Assembly: GCA_034928145.1 (NCBI GenBank)
Contig: JAYFPE010000010.1
Location: 27,882-91,881 of the forward strand
Source of the DNA: Candidatus Pelethousia sp.
Lineage (GTDB): Bacteria > Bacillota > Clostridia > Christensenellales > CAG-138
Length of the DNA stretch: 64,000 nucleotides
Direction: 5' to 3'
Part shown: one piece after another, positions 36,752 through 47,205 of the stretch
Layout of the letters: each line of letters opens with the position of its first letter
How positions within the stretch are numbered: position 1 is the first letter of the stretch
Translations under genes and position numbers: made by a program
Notes under the pieces: generated by a model
The model's database searches: none
Told to the model about the DNA's origin: nothing
What the model saw: the letters and a program-made list of their open reading frames with translations, nothing else

Positions 36752-36758
36752 GGAATTC

Positions 36759-36784
36759 AAAAAAGTGGCCGAGGCCACTTTTTT
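36759..36784. terminator. bidirectional terminator between the small wHTH gene and convergent araD
   Basis: AAAAAAGTGGCC-GAG-GGCCACTTTTTT. Confidence 0.75.
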
Positions 36785-36833
36785 CGTTCAACGATATGGA
36801 GATACGCGCCGTTCCTGCCCGCGCGGCTGAGCC

Positions 36834-37526
36834 TTAGCCCTGCCCATAATAGGCGTGCGCACCGTGCTTGCGCAGGTAATGTTTATCCAATAGCTCCTGC
36901 TGCATGGGCGGCAGATCCGGCTGCATCTGCATTGCGTGCCAGGCCATGAAGGCCACTTCCTCCAGCACCACCGCGTTGTGCACGGCTTCGTTTGCATCCT
37001 TGCCCCAGGCGAAGGGGCCGTGGCTGGCCACCAGCACGGCCGGGATATCCAGCGGCGAGCGGCCCTGAAAGGTTTCGATGATGACGGCACCGGTCTCCTT
37101 CTCGTATTCGCCCCCGATCTCTTCGGCCGTCATTAGCCGCGTGCAGGGGATTTCGCCGCAGTAATAATCGCCATGGGTGGTGCCCAGCGCGGGGATGCCG
37201 CACCGCGCCTGCGCGTAGATGGTGGCCCAGCGGCTGTGGGTGTGCACCACGCCGCCGACGCCCGCAAAGGCGCGGTATAATTCGAGGTGCGTGGCCGTAT
37301 CGGAGGAGGGGCGCAGCGCGCCTTCGATTTGCTTACCCGTTTCAATCTCCAGCACCACCATGTTTTCGGGGCACAGCTCGTCATATTCCACACCGCTGGG
37401 CTTGATAACCATCAGGCCGGCCTCCCGGTCTACCGCGCTGGCATTGCCCCAGGTAAAGGTGACCAGGCCGTATTTGGGCAGGGCCATGTTGGCCTCGTAT
37501 ACGCTTTGCTTCAACCCTTTCAACAT
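36834..37526 (-). CDS. araD: L-ribulose-5-phosphate 4-epimerase
   Basis: 230 aa, collinear with E. coli AraD ([69 protein letters not shown]). Confidence 0.95.
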   Translation of the reverse strand: MLKGLKQSVYEANMALPKYGLVTFTWGNASAVDREAGLMVIKPSGVEYDELCPENMVVLEIETGKQIEGALRPSSDTATHLELYRAFAGVGGVVHTHSRWATIYAQARCGIPALGTTHGDYYCGEIPCTRLMTAEEIGGEYEKETGAVIIETFQGRSPLDIPAVLVASHGPFAWGKDANEAVHNAVVLEEVAFMAWHAMQMQPDLPPMQQELLDKHYLRKHGAHAYYGQG

Positions 37527-37536
37527 AGGCTTCTCC

Positions 37537-39012
37537 TTATTTGAGCTTCCAGGCGAGATCCATCATCATCAGCTCGTTTTCCAGTGCCGCCGGGTCTGTG
37601 CCCGCGTGGATGTGAACGAACTCGATATCCATCATCCGCGCCCAATCCCGCATCATCTGCGCGTCGCAATCGTAGCTGAGCACGGTATGGTGCGCGCCGC
37701 CTGCGATGATCCAGGCCTCCGCGCCCACTGCCAGGCTGGGCAGTGGCTTCCACATTACGCGGGCCACAGGCAGGTTGGGCATGGTTTGCGAAGGCTTGAT
37801 GCACTCGAGATCCTGCACGATCAGGCGCAGGCGGCCGCCCATGTCGATGAGGCTCGCGGCGATGGCGGGGCCGGCCTTGCCTTCAAATACCAGCCTGGCG
37901 GGCGCCTCCCGATCGCCAATGCCCAAATCGTGCACCTCGATGCGGGCCCGCTCCGCCCCCACGCTGGGGCAGACCTCCAGCATATGCGCGCCTAAGGAGA
38001 TGCCGTTTTGAAAATCGTAATTGTAATCCTCCATAAAGGAGGTTCCTTTGCCCATGCCCTGGCCCATGACCTTCATGACGGCCGTCATGGCCGCTACCTT
38101 CCAATCGCCCTCGCCGCCATAGCCATAGCCCTGCGCCATCAGATCCTGCGTGGCCAGCCCCGGCAGCTGCTTCATGCCGTATAGATCCTGGAAGGTGTTG
38201 CTAAAGGCCAGGCAGCCCTCGGCATCCAGCAGCTTTTTGAGGGCGGCCTCCTCGCGAGCCTGGTAGCGCACGGTATCCAAATCATCCGTAGCGAGGGTGT
38301 AGCGCTCTTTATATCCCGCCATCATGGCCTCAACTTCGGCCTCGGTTACGGCCTCTATGGCTTCCACCAGCGTGCCGACCGGCCAGGTATTCACCTGCCA
38401 GCCCAGCTTGATCTGCGCCTCCACCTTATCGCCTTCGGTCACGGCCACCTCGCGCATATTATCGCCAAAGCGCATCACCTTAAGGGACTGGCTGAACACG
38501 GCGCCCACGGCCGCGCGCATCCACTTGCCGATTTTTTTCTGCACCTCTGCATTGCCCCAATAGCCTACGACCACCTTGCGGGGCAGGCGCATGCGCGTGC
38601 CGATGAAGCCGTGCTCCCGGTCGCCATGGGCGCTCTGGTGCAGGTTCATATAATCCATATCGATCTCTTCGTTAGGGATGATCTCGTTGAACTGCGTGTG
38701 GAAATGCAGGTAGGGCTTTTGCAGCAGATTCAAGCCGTTGATCCACATTTTGCTGGGAGAAAAGGTATGGCAGAAGGTGATGACGCCCGCGCAGCACGCG
38801 GCGTAATTCGCCTCGCGAATTACGCTCGCGATGCCCTCGTTGGTTTTCATGGTCCCCTTGTAGACTACGGGGAAGGGCAGGTTGCCGGAGGCGTTGAGCC
38901 CGGCGATGATGGCGAGGCTATCCGCCTCCACCTGCCTGAGCGTTTCTTCCCCATAGAGGAACTGGGAGCCCGTGATAAACCAGAATTCATATGCATTGTT
39001 CTTCATAGCCAT
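37537..39012 (-). CDS. araA: L-arabinose isomerase
   Basis: ORF reaches 39147, but ATG 39012 ([29 protein letters not shown]) is preceded by AAGGAAAGGA and matches the AraA N-terminus. About 491 aa. Confidence 0.93.
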   Translation of the reverse strand: MAMKNNAYEFWFITGSQFLYGEETLRQVEADSLAIIAGLNASGNLPFPVVYKGTMKTNEGIASVIREANYAACCAGVITFCHTFSPSKMWINGLNLLQKPYLHFHTQFNEIIPNEEIDMDYMNLHQSAHGDREHGFIGTRMRLPRKVVVGYWGNAEVQKKIGKWMRAAVGAVFSQSLKVMRFGDNMREVAVTEGDKVEAQIKLGWQVNTWPVGTLVEAIEAVTEAEVEAMMAGYKERYTLATDDLDTVRYQAREEAALKKLLDAEGCLAFSNTFQDLYGMKQLPGLATQDLMAQGYGYGGEGDWKVAAMTAVMKVMGQGMGKGTSFMEDYNYDFQNGISLGAHMLEVCPSVGAERARIEVHDLGIGDREAPARLVFEGKAGPAIAASLIDMGGRLRLIVQDLECIKPSQTMPNLPVARVMWKPLPSLAVGAEAWIIAGGAHHTVLSYDCDAQMMRDWARMMDIEFVHIHAGTDPAALENELMMMDLAWKLK

Positions 39013-39028
39013 ATATCCTTTCCTTTGC

Positions 39029-40648
39029 TCAGTCGAGATGTTGCACGGCGGCCCGCTCGATGGCAAGGCCCTTTTCATAGCGCCGCATATAGGCGGCGAA
39101 GCCGGCCCGCTCTTGTTCGTTGGGATCCAGGCGGGTACTGGCGGCATTTACAAAGACCTTGTTTTGCAAATAGTCTTCCAGGGGTTCATCCTGCGCCCGC
39201 GCGTGCATGTACATGCTGAGCAGGGCGATGCCCCAGGCCCCGCCCTCGCCGGCGGTCTGCATCACGGCCACGGGCACATCGAGCGAGGTGGCCAGCAATT
39301 GCTGGGCTACGCCCTCCACCTTAAACAGGCCGCCGTGACCCAATAGCGTCTCCATCCGCACCTGTTCCTTTTCAACGAGGATATCCATGCCCAGCTTGAG
39401 GGTGGCCAGGGCCCCGTAAAGGTGCGCGCGCATGAAGTTGGCAAGGCTAAGCTTGCTCTCGGGGAGCCTTGCGAACAAGGGCCGCCCCTGGTCGAAGCCG
39501 GTGATCGTTTCGCCGGCATAATAGTTGTAAGCAAGCAAGCCGCCGCAGTCCGCATCCCCGCACAGCGCCTGATGATAGAGCGCGCTGTAGAGGGCGGACT
39601 TATCCGGCTTGACGCTGAGGGCAGCCATCGCCTCGCCAAAGAGGCCCACCCATGCGTCCAGATCGGAGGTGCAGTTGTTGCAGTGCACCATGGCCACAGG
39701 CGCACCCGCGGGGGTGGTTACCATATCGATCTCTTCGTATACGTTAGAGAGGCCATGCTCGAGCACCACCATGGCGAATACGGAGGTGCCGGCGGATACG
39801 TTGCCCGTGCGCACCTTCACGCTGTTGGTGGCGACCATGCCCGTGCCCGCGTCGCCTTCCGGCGGGCAAAGGGGGATGCCCGGCTGCAAATTGCCGCTGG
39901 GGTCGAGCAGCTTCGCGCCTTCCACGCTCAGGCGGCCCGCAGGCTCCCCGGCAAGCAGCACCTTGGGCAGGATGCCATCCAGCTTCCAGGGGAAGCCCCG
40001 CGAAGCGATGCGCTGGTTAAAAGCGCCCATCATAGCGGCGTCGTAATCGTTTGTTTTGCTGTCGATGGGGAACATGCCGGAGGCGTCGCCTACGCCCAGC
40101 ACAAATTTGCCGGTCAGTTTCCAGTGCACATAGCCGGCCAGGGTGGTTAAATAAGCGATATCCTTAACGTGCGCTTCGTCGTTTAAAATGGCCCGATATA
40201 GGTGCGCGACGCTCCAGCGCTGGGGAATGTTGAGACCGAAATCCGCGGTCAGCAGCCGTGCCGCCTCTTCCGTCATGGTGTTGCGCCAGGTACGGAAGGG
40301 GGTCAAAAGCGCCCCGTCCTTGCCGAAGGCCAGATAGCCGTGCATCATGGCGGAAATGCCTAGCGAGCCCACAGCCGTTAGGCGCAGGCCGAAATCCTTT
40401 TGCACGTTATCCGAGAGATCTTGGAAGCAGGCCGCGAGGCCCGTCCAAACATCCTCCAGAGGATACGTCCAAATGTTGTTTTCCAGCGTGTTCTGCCATT
40501 CATATCCACCCGAAGAGATAGGCGCATGATCTTCCCCGATCAGCACCGCCTTGATGCGCGTGGAACCAAGCTCAATGCCCAGCGCGGTCTTGCCCGCCCC
40601 GATGGCGCTCCTTATTTCTTGCTTCCTATCTTGTGCGATTTTTTCCAT
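39029..40648 (-). CDS. araB: FGGY-family carbohydrate kinase, probable ribulokinase by operon context
   Basis: 539 aa. N-terminal FGGY phosphate-1 motif [15 protein letters not shown]. Sits directly upstream of araA-araD. Confidence 0.75.
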   Translation of the reverse strand: MEKIAQDRKQEIRSAIGAGKTALGIELGSTRIKAVLIGEDHAPISSGGYEWQNTLENNIWTYPLEDVWTGLAACFQDLSDNVQKDFGLRLTAVGSLGISAMMHGYLAFGKDGALLTPFRTWRNTMTEEAARLLTADFGLNIPQRWSVAHLYRAILNDEAHVKDIAYLTTLAGYVHWKLTGKFVLGVGDASGMFPIDSKTNDYDAAMMGAFNQRIASRGFPWKLDGILPKVLLAGEPAGRLSVEGAKLLDPSGNLQPGIPLCPPEGDAGTGMVATNSVKVRTGNVSAGTSVFAMVVLEHGLSNVYEEIDMVTTPAGAPVAMVHCNNCTSDLDAWVGLFGEAMAALSVKPDKSALYSALYHQALCGDADCGGLLAYNYYAGETITGFDQGRPLFARLPESKLSLANFMRAHLYGALATLKLGMDILVEKEQVRMETLLGHGGLFKVEGVAQQLLATSLDVPVAVMQTAGEGGAWGIALLSMYMHARAQDEPLEDYLQNKVFVNAASTRLDPNEQERAGFAAYMRRYEKGLAIERAAVQHLD

Positions 40649-40689
40649 GTAAAGCTCCTTTCGTCAGTTCAGACCATACGCTTTATTTT

Positions 40690-41802
40690 TTATGATGATA
40701 CATCTTGCTTCCGCTCATGCCCCTTGCTTCGCAGCCATTCCGGCAGCAGTAAACCGAAGCCGCCCTTTTTGCCGGCCGCGGCAAAGACGCTTTGCAGCAC
40801 GATAAACACGAAGAGGAAGGCCGAGGTGATGATCCTGGGCCAGGATGCGTCCACAATGCCCAGAAGCGGCACGATGCGCTCGATCAGCGCGTTGATCAGC
40901 ACGCCGAAGAGCGTGCCGATGGGCAGGCCCACGCCGCCGCTGAGCATGGCGCCGCCGATCACACTGGAGGAAATGGCGTCGATCTCATAGCCCTGGCCGT
41001 TCCCCGGGTTGCCGGAGGGGGAGAGGAGGGTAAAGAGCAGGCCGCCGATGCCCGCCAATAGGCCGCAAAGCACATGCGCCATGAATTTGGTTCGCCTAAC
41101 GTTGACGCCCATGAGCAGCGCGCTTTGCGGGTTGCCGCCGACAGCGTAGAGGGAGCGGCCGAACTTGGTTTTTTTGAGGGTAATGATGAGGATGACCAGC
41201 ACCACCAACGCCACGATGGCCGCCGGGGTGAGGTAGGCTACGTCATGCGTGCCGTTCTTGCGCTCGTTGAAGAGAAAGGGGATATACATCTTGGCGCTCG
41301 ACCAGCCCATAAAGACCGCATCCGAAATGGGCACGGACTTGGCGTTGATTACGCTGATCATGCCGCGCGCGAAGAACATGCCTGAGAGCGTAACGATGAA
41401 GGGCTGTATCTCCAAATAAGAAACGAGGTAGCCCTGCACGACGCCAAAGGCGATGCCGATGCCCAGGGAGACAGGAATCGTCCAAATGGCGCTCACCTTG
41501 CCATCCATCAGCATTACGGCGATGACCATGCTCACAAGGCCCGTAACGCCGCCTACCGAGATATCGATGCTGCCGGTAATCAAAACCACCGTCAGCCCCA
41601 GGGACAGCATCAGCAAATAGGCCTTGTTGTTGAAAAGGTTAAAGAACACCGAATATTTGGCAAAGTTGCTGCTTTTGAACAGGATGACGGAGACCACATA
41701 TAGCAGCACGAACAGCGAGATCGTGATCAGCAGCAATATGACGGCGTTGCTCGGGCCCCTGCGCTTTGTGAAGGGGGCGGGGGGTGTATTTCTATCTTTC
41801 AT
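40690..41802 (-). CDS. sugar ABC transporter permease (YjfF-like)
   Basis: Start at ATG 41802, 8 nt after GGGAGG. Multi-TM BPD_transp_2-type permease. Fourth gene of a YtfQRT-YjfF-like set. Confidence 0.85.
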   Translation of the reverse strand: MKDRNTPPAPFTKRRGPSNAVILLLITISLFVLLYVVSVILFKSSNFAKYSVFFNLFNNKAYLLMLSLGLTVVLITGSIDISVGGVTGLVSMVIAVMLMDGKVSAIWTIPVSLGIGIAFGVVQGYLVSYLEIQPFIVTLSGMFFARGMISVINAKSVPISDAVFMGWSSAKMYIPFLFNERKNGTHDVAYLTPAAIVALVVLVILIITLKKTKFGRSLYAVGGNPQSALLMGVNVRRTKFMAHVLCGLLAGIGGLLFTLLSPSGNPGNGQGYEIDAISSSVIGGAMLSGGVGLPIGTLFGVLINALIERIVPLLGIVDASWPRIITSAFLFVFIVLQSVFAAAGKKGGFGLLLPEWLRSKGHERKQDVSS

Positions 41803-41806
41803 CGCC

Positions 41807-42898
41807 TTAACCTCCCACGGACGCATTCCCGGCGAATACTTTTTGGCTTAGCTTTTTGACGTTTGCTTTGAAAACATCGCTGCTGGCCACGATGATGACG
41901 ATGATGATGACCGCCTTGAATACGTTGAGCTGGTCCGCCCGCACGCTCATGGCATAGAGCGTGGTCGTGATCGCCTGGATAGTATAGGCGCCGATCACCG
42001 AGCCCGCGATGCTGAATTTACCACCGCCCAGCATGTTGCCCCCTAGGGCCACGGCGAGGATGGCGTCCATCTCGATGGCAAGGCCCAGTTCGCCCGCGTT
42101 TACGCTGCCCACGCCGCTCGAACCAACCAGCCCCGCCACACCCGCCAATATACCGCAGATGACGAAGGCCATGAACTTGATGACCGGGGAGTTGAGGCCC
42201 ACCAGGCGGGAGGCGGCGCCGTTGATGCCCACGCTCTGCACGTATAGGCCCAAACTCGTCAGCTTGGTGAGCAGCACCACCAGCACGATGATTAAAATCG
42301 AGACCAGGATGGTCGTGCGGATGGGAATGCCGGGGATCTGCACCCCTAACCATTTATAAACCGGGTTCATGATATACACGGTTTGGCCATGCGTGATCTG
42401 CTTGGCGATGGAGCGCCCGGCCGTATAGAGGATCAGCGAGGCGATCATCGGCTGGATCTTCAGCACAGCTACCAGGAAGCCGTTGAACGCGCCGCATAGC
42501 GCGCCGCCCAGAAGGCCCACGAAGAGGGCCAGCAGATAGGGGCTGTGGAAAACGGCGGTTCGATATTCGGGGCCATTGAGCAAGAGACCGCAAAAGCTGG
42601 CCGAGATGGCCATGATGGAGCCCACGCTGATATCCTGGCCGCCGGAGGCGGCTGTGACCAGCGTCATGCCGAGCGTCACGATGATCAGCTCGCTGGCCTC
42701 GTCGAGGATGTTGGGGATATAGCCTGAAATCAGGCCGTTGGCGATGGAGATTTTGAAAAACGTGGGGGTGGTGATGATATTCTGCACCACCACGATCAGC
42801 AGCACGGCCAGGGAGAAGGCCAGCCTGCTGCCGAGCAGGCGCTTGATCCAAGGCTCCTGAAGTTTGATGGGTTTGTTTTTGGTATCGTAATCAGGCAT
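41807..42898 (-). CDS. sugar ABC transporter permease (YtfT-like)
   Basis: 363 aa, multi-TM ribose/galactofuranose-type permease. Overlaps the upstream ATPase gene by 8 nt. Confidence 0.85.
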   Translation of the reverse strand: MPDYDTKNKPIKLQEPWIKRLLGSRLAFSLAVLLIVVVQNIITTPTFFKISIANGLISGYIPNILDEASELIIVTLGMTLVTAASGGQDISVGSIMAISASFCGLLLNGPEYRTAVFHSPYLLALFVGLLGGALCGAFNGFLVAVLKIQPMIASLILYTAGRSIAKQITHGQTVYIMNPVYKWLGVQIPGIPIRTTILVSILIIVLVVLLTKLTSLGLYVQSVGINGAASRLVGLNSPVIKFMAFVICGILAGVAGLVGSSGVGSVNAGELGLAIEMDAILAVALGGNMLGGGKFSIAGSVIGAYTIQAITTTLYAMSVRADQLNVFKAVIIIVIIVASSDVFKANVKKLSQKVFAGNASVGG

Positions 42899-44432
42899 GG
42901 TCGGCCTCCCCTCCCGCGATTGTGCGCATGATCGTGTTTTGATTGAGATCGCCCGCTGTCAGCTCACCGACCTTGCGCCGGTCCCGCATGACCACCATCT
43001 TGGAGCAGGTGCGCAACATCTCTTCCATTTCCGAGGAGATGAAGGCCACGCTCTTGCCCTCGGCCGCGAGCTTTAGGATCAGCTTTTGGATCTCCGTTTT
43101 GGTGCCGATGTCGATGCCGCGGGTGGGCTCGTCGAGAATCATGAACGCGGGGTTGGTCAGCAGCCAGCGCGCCAGGATGACCTTTTGCTGGTTGCCGCCA
43201 GAGAGGCTCTTGACGGGCGTTTCGCTGCCGGCTGTTTTGATGTTGAGCAGCTGGATGTATTCATCCGCGTACTGCTCCATTTCCTTGTGGGTCAAGCGCC
43301 TGAAAAGGCCGCGCTTAGCCTGCAGGGCGATGATGATGTTTTCCCGAACGGAAAGCTCGGGCAGGATGCCGTCCGCCTTGCGGTCTTCCGGCAAATAAGC
43401 CATGCCCTGCTGCATGGCGTCCAACGGACGCTTGATCTTAATGTTTTTGCCCCGTATGCGCAGCTGGCCCTGAATGGCCTTATCCGCGCCGTAGACGGCG
43501 CGCATCAGCTCGCTGCGGCCGCTGCCCAATAGGCCGCTGAAGCCTACGACCTCGCCCCTGTGCATTTGCAGGTTGAAGGGGGCCACCTTTGAAGCGCCGC
43601 TTGAGAGACCCACGGCCTCAATCAGCGGCTGTTCGTCCTCGAGAGCGGCCGCGGCCCGGCCGCCGCCAAGATCGGAAAGGTTTTCGATCTCCTTGCCCAG
43701 CATTTTGGTGACCAGTTCCAGGCGGGGCAGGTTTTCTAGCTCATAGTCGCCCACGAGTTCACCGTTTCTAAGCACGGTGATGCGGTCGCATACTTCGTAG
43801 ACCTGCTCGAGGAAATGGGTGATGAAGATGATCCCCACACCGTTTTCCTTGAGCTGGCGCATGAGCGAAAAGAGCTTTTGCACCTCATCCGCATCGAGGG
43901 AGGAGGTGGGTTCATCCAGAATCAGAAATTGGCATTTGGTATCTACGGCGCGGGCGATGGCGATCATTTGCTGGATAGCGATCGAGCAGCTGTCCAGCTG
44001 CGCCGTAGGATCGGCCGCGATGTTGAGCTCTTGCAGCAATTCCGTGGCATTGCGGCTCATCTGCCGCCAGTTGATCAGGCCCATAGAGCGAGGCTCGCGC
44101 CCCAGGAAGAGGTTTTCCATTACCGTAAGGTTGGGGCAGAGGTTTACCTCCTGGTAAACGGTGCTGATGCCCAGTTTTTGCGCATCCTGCGGCGAACGTA
44201 TCACGACAGGCTTTCCATCCAGCTCGACGATTCCTTCGTCCATGGCATAAACGCCGGTCAGCACTTTGACGAGCGTCGATTTCCCCGCGCCGTTTTCCCC
44301 CATCAGGGCGTGTATCTCGCCGCGGCGCAGCTTGAAATCAACCTGGTTGAGCGCGCGAACGCCGGGAAACGATTTGCCGATGCCGGTCATCGTCAGCGCG
44401 GGGCCGCTTTGCTCCTGTGTTATCGTACCCAT
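42891..44432 (-). CDS. sugar ABC transporter ATP-binding protein with duplicated ATPase domains (YtfR/AraG-like)
   Basis: 513 aa. Walker A GENGAGKST, signature and Walker B FLILDEPTSSLD in the first half. LSGGNQQK and MILDEPTRGID in the second half. Confidence 0.92.
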   Translation of the reverse strand: MGTITQEQSGPALTMTGIGKSFPGVRALNQVDFKLRRGEIHALMGENGAGKSTLVKVLTGVYAMDEGIVELDGKPVVIRSPQDAQKLGISTVYQEVNLCPNLTVMENLFLGREPRSMGLINWRQMSRNATELLQELNIAADPTAQLDSCSIAIQQMIAIARAVDTKCQFLILDEPTSSLDADEVQKLFSLMRQLKENGVGIIFITHFLEQVYEVCDRITVLRNGELVGDYELENLPRLELVTKMLGKEIENLSDLGGGRAAAALEDEQPLIEAVGLSSGASKVAPFNLQMHRGEVVGFSGLLGSGRSELMRAVYGADKAIQGQLRIRGKNIKIKRPLDAMQQGMAYLPEDRKADGILPELSVRENIIIALQAKRGLFRRLTHKEMEQYADEYIQLLNIKTAGSETPVKSLSGGNQQKVILARWLLTNPAFMILDEPTRGIDIGTKTEIQKLILKLAAEGKSVAFISSEMEEMLRTCSKMVVMRDRRKVGELTAGDLNQNTIMRTIAGGEADHA

Positions 44433-44504
44433 AAAGTTTGCCCACCTTCATTGAGATGCTGTTTTTTCCATTATATCATAATTATATATCGTCTTATTAT
44501 AGAT

Positions 44505-44543
44505 TTCGGTTCGGGGAGATTCCAGGAATCTCCCCGAACCGAA
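44505..44543 (-). other. long perfect hairpin between the SBP gene and the ATPase gene
   Basis: TTCGGTTCGGGGAGATTCC-A-GGAATCTCCCCGAACCGAA: 19-nt perfect inverted repeat arms. Confidence 0.6.
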
Positions 44544-44592
44544 TATGGGATTCCGCTTTACGATTTAAAAATCCCGCTTATGTGCAGGCCAA

Positions 44593-45639
44593 TTAATACG
44601 GGCGGGCGTCCACGATATCCTGGGTGATGGTGTCGTAGTAGAAGGCGGCCTCGTCTACAACTTCGACCTTGGCGGGGGAGCCGCCGCCCTGGATCAGGTT
44701 GATCAGCTCGGCGACCTTGGGCCCGTGCAGCGGGTTGCACTCGACGTTGCAGTTGATCTTGCCTTCCAGCGTCATCTGGAGGTAAGCCCTGTTGGCGTCG
44801 AAGGAGATGATAGCCACGCCATCCTTGCCACCCACGGCAATGCCGGCCTCTTCGAGGGCCTGGATGGCGCCGTCGGCCATGTTATCGTTCTCGGCGTAGA
44901 CCACGTTGATATCCTTGTGCTGCTGGATCCAGGAAGCCATGATTTCCTTAGCCGTATCGGTGCTCCAGTCCGCGGTCTGCTGCTCGAGCAGGGTCCAGTT
45001 GGCGTTGGCTGCCACGGCCTCGGTCAGCGCCTCGCTGCGGCCTACCTGCGCGGAGGAACCGAGCTGGCCCTGCAGGTTGACGATGTTGACCGGCTGGTCG
45101 CTGGTGAAGCGGGTGGCGATCCAATCGGTAGCCTTCACGCCCTCGGCTTTGAAATCGGAGCCGACCCAGCAGGTGAAGAGGTCTTCGCTGGCGTTAATGG
45201 TACGGTCTACCAGGATCACGGGGATGCCGGCGTCCTTGGCATTCTTAAGCACGGTGTCCCAGCCATCCATGTTGACGGCGGCGATCACGATGTAGTCGAC
45301 CTCCTGGTCTATGAAGCCCTGCACATCGGCTACCTGCTTGGCTGCGTCGTTGTTGGCGTCGGCCAGGATCAGGTTGAAGCCATTCTCCGCGCTAAGGGCT
45401 TCCTGCATGGACTTGGTGTTCGCCTTGCGCCAGTCGGATTCATCCGCTTTGCACTGGGCAAAGCCTACGGTAATGAGGTCAGCGCCCGCCTCGGCGGCTG
45501 GGGCCGCGGGTTGTGCGGCGGGGGCTGCGGGTTCGGCGGGAGCCGCGGCAGGTGCCTCCGTAGTCGCCGCGGGCGCGCCGCAGGCAACCAGGCTCAGCGC
45601 CAGTACCAAAGTAAGGGCCATCGCAAGAAGTTTCTTCAT
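44593..45639 (-). CDS. sugar ABC transporter substrate-binding lipoprotein (YtfQ-like, furanose/arabinose-type)
   Basis: 348 aa. Lipobox LSLVAC, a Pro/Ala-rich tether, then ITVGFAQCKADESDWRKA..VDYIVIAAV..GWDTVLKNAKDAGIPVILVDR, which aligns by eye with E. coli YtfQ. Confidence 0.88.
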   Translation of the reverse strand: MKKLLAMALTLVLALSLVACGAPAATTEAPAAAPAEPAAPAAQPAAPAAEAGADLITVGFAQCKADESDWRKANTKSMQEALSAENGFNLILADANNDAAKQVADVQGFIDQEVDYIVIAAVNMDGWDTVLKNAKDAGIPVILVDRTINASEDLFTCWVGSDFKAEGVKATDWIATRFTSDQPVNIVNLQGQLGSSAQVGRSEALTEAVAANANWTLLEQQTADWSTDTAKEIMASWIQQHKDINVVYAENDNMADGAIQALEEAGIAVGGKDGVAIISFDANRAYLQMTLEGKINCNVECNPLHGPKVAELINLIQGGGSPAKVEVVDEAAFYYDTITQDIVDARPY

Positions 45640-45742
45640 TTTTCCTCTCTCCTTTTCTTTTTTCGATCTCTGCGATCATTGTGGACAGGATAGATTGACT
45701 CGAAAGCTCATTGAAGATATGACAGGATGCTTTCTTAGGGTC

Positions 45743-45771
45743 AGTATAATACGCGCAAAGGTATCTGTCAA
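45743..45771 (-). promoter_or_regulatory. candidate sigma-A promoter of the ABC-araBAD operon
   Basis: On the minus strand: TTGACA (45771-45766), 17 nt, TATACT (45748-45743). A TTGTATGGAACAA inverted half-site motif lies just upstream at 45776-45788. Confidence 0.5.
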
Positions 45772-45845
45772 CCATTTGTATGGAACAACTTGCTATAACT
45801 TTTTCTTTTACGATACAATTAATTCGGGAGGGTTCGGATAAAAAA

Positions 45846-45861
45846 ATACAAATTTTGTTTT
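45846..45861. promoter_or_regulatory. candidate AraR operator copy 1
   Basis: ATACAAATTTTGTTTT: a near-palindromic ACAAA(T)TTTGT core, repeated at 46013-46028. Confidence 0.35.
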
Positions 45862-46001
45862 AATTACGACGAAATGCGCCTGACTTCGGGCGGTTTTTCG
45901 CAGACATATCGAGCGGACGACCTTCACGCGGCCTGCCCACACATGCACATATTAATGAAAGACAAGCCCTTACCTAGATAAAATACAAGTTTAGATACCA
46001 C

Positions 46002-46030
46002 TTGAAAAGATGATACAAATTTGTTATGAT
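46002..46030 (+). promoter_or_regulatory. candidate sigma-A promoter of araR
   Basis: TTGAAA (46002-46007), 17 nt, TATGAT (46025-46030). The spacer contains the palindrome ACAAATTTGT. Confidence 0.5.
46013..46028. promoter_or_regulatory. candidate AraR operator copy 2 (overlaps the araR promoter spacer)
   Basis: ATACAAATTTGTTATG with the perfect 10-bp palindrome ACAAATTTGT (46015-46024). Confidence 0.35.
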
Positions 46031-46061
46031 GAACATAGAGTTTGAGGGTGGGGTGACGTAG

Positions 46062-47132
46062 TTGCTTAAATATCAGGAAATCGCCAATACATTGCGCAGG
46101 CAGATCGAGGATAATATTTTTACCGAAACCAAGAAGTTCCCCAGCGAACAGGCCCTTTGCCTGGAACATGGGGTCAGCCGCCAAACCATCCGGCACGCCC
46201 TGTCCGTATTGGTGCAGGAAGGGCTGCTTGAGCGGCAGCATGGCAGCGGTTCACGCGTGCGCGGCAAGGCGCAGCCCCTTCCGCCGCCACAGCGCTCCAT
46301 CGCGGTGATCACCACCTATATCAGCGATTATATCTTCCCCAGCATCCTGCGCGAAGTGGAAACCGTTTTATCCCGCAACAACTGCACCACCATGCTTTAT
46401 GCCACGCAAAACCAGGTGGTAAACGAGCGCCGCGTTCTGCAAGGCCTCTTGGCCCTGCCTAAGCTAGACGGCGTGCTGGTGGAGGGCACAAAAACGGCTT
46501 TGCCAAACCCCAACCTGGATTTATACCGCAAACTGATGGAGCGCAACATCCCCTTGGTATTCATGAACGGCAACTACCGGGAGCTGACGGACGCTATCTC
46601 TGTGCTGGATGATAACTATAACGGCGGCCGCCAGCTGGTGCAATATCTAACGGCAAAGGGCCATGCCCGCATCGCCGGCATGTTCAAAAGCGACGATATC
46701 CAGGGCCACCAGCGCTACGCCGGCTATGCCGCGGCCCTCTTGGACGCCGGCTTGCCCATGGAGGATAGCCAGCTTTACTGGTACAATACCGAAACCAAGG
46801 ACGCGCTGGCCAACGGCAACCTTATTTATACCGAACAGATGCTATCGGCTACCAAGGGCTGCAGCGCGGTGGTCTGCTATAACGATGAGATCGCCAGCCA
46901 ACTGCTGCTGGCCCTGCTAAACGCAGGGGTCAAGATTCCCGAAAAGATGGCTTTGGTCAGCTTCGACAACAGCCGCTACAGCGACCTCGGCCCCATCACC
47001 ATCACCTCGCTCTCCCACGGAGATCACAACGTGGGCAGGCTGGCAGCGCAAACCTTGATCAAGCTGCTTAGCGGCGAGCAATGCGAATCCCAGCTCGCGC
47101 CCTGGACGCTGATCGAAAAAGCAAGCAGCTAA
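46062..47132 (+). CDS. araR: arabinose-operon repressor AraR (GntR-type HTH fused to a LacI/PBP-type sugar-binding domain)
   Basis: 356 aa with a TTG start. N-terminal GntR HTH ..[22 protein letters not shown]... The block [21 protein letters not shown] is almost identical to B. subtilis AraR [21 protein letters not shown]. Divergent from the ara operon. Confidence 0.9.
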   Translation: [356 protein letters not shown]

Positions 47133-47149
47133 GCGGTGCAGGGCAACAT

Positions 47150-47187
47150 AAAAGGGCCGGATAATGATCGTCCGGCCCTTTTCTTTT
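47150..47187. terminator. bidirectional terminator between araR and convergent ptsI
   Basis: AAAAGGGCCGGA-TAATGATCG-TCCGGCCCTTTTCTTTT. Confidence 0.75.
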
Positions 47188-47205
47188 CATGCCGCGCCGC
47201 GCGGC

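Noticed and set aside
45481-45579. Pro/Ala-rich repetitive coding stretch (APAATTEAPAAAPAEPAAPAAQPAAPAAEAGA) that could be read as a tandem repeat or foreign insertion.
   Set aside because: It sits directly after the lipobox Cys of the SBP, which is typical of the flexible tether of Gram-positive lipoprotein binding proteins. There is no exact nucleotide repeat unit.
45860-45900. Small terminator-like hairpin GCGCCTGACTTCGGGCGGTTTTT inside the ara divergent region.
   Set aside because: The stem is only 4-5 bp, and there is no gene upstream for it to terminate.
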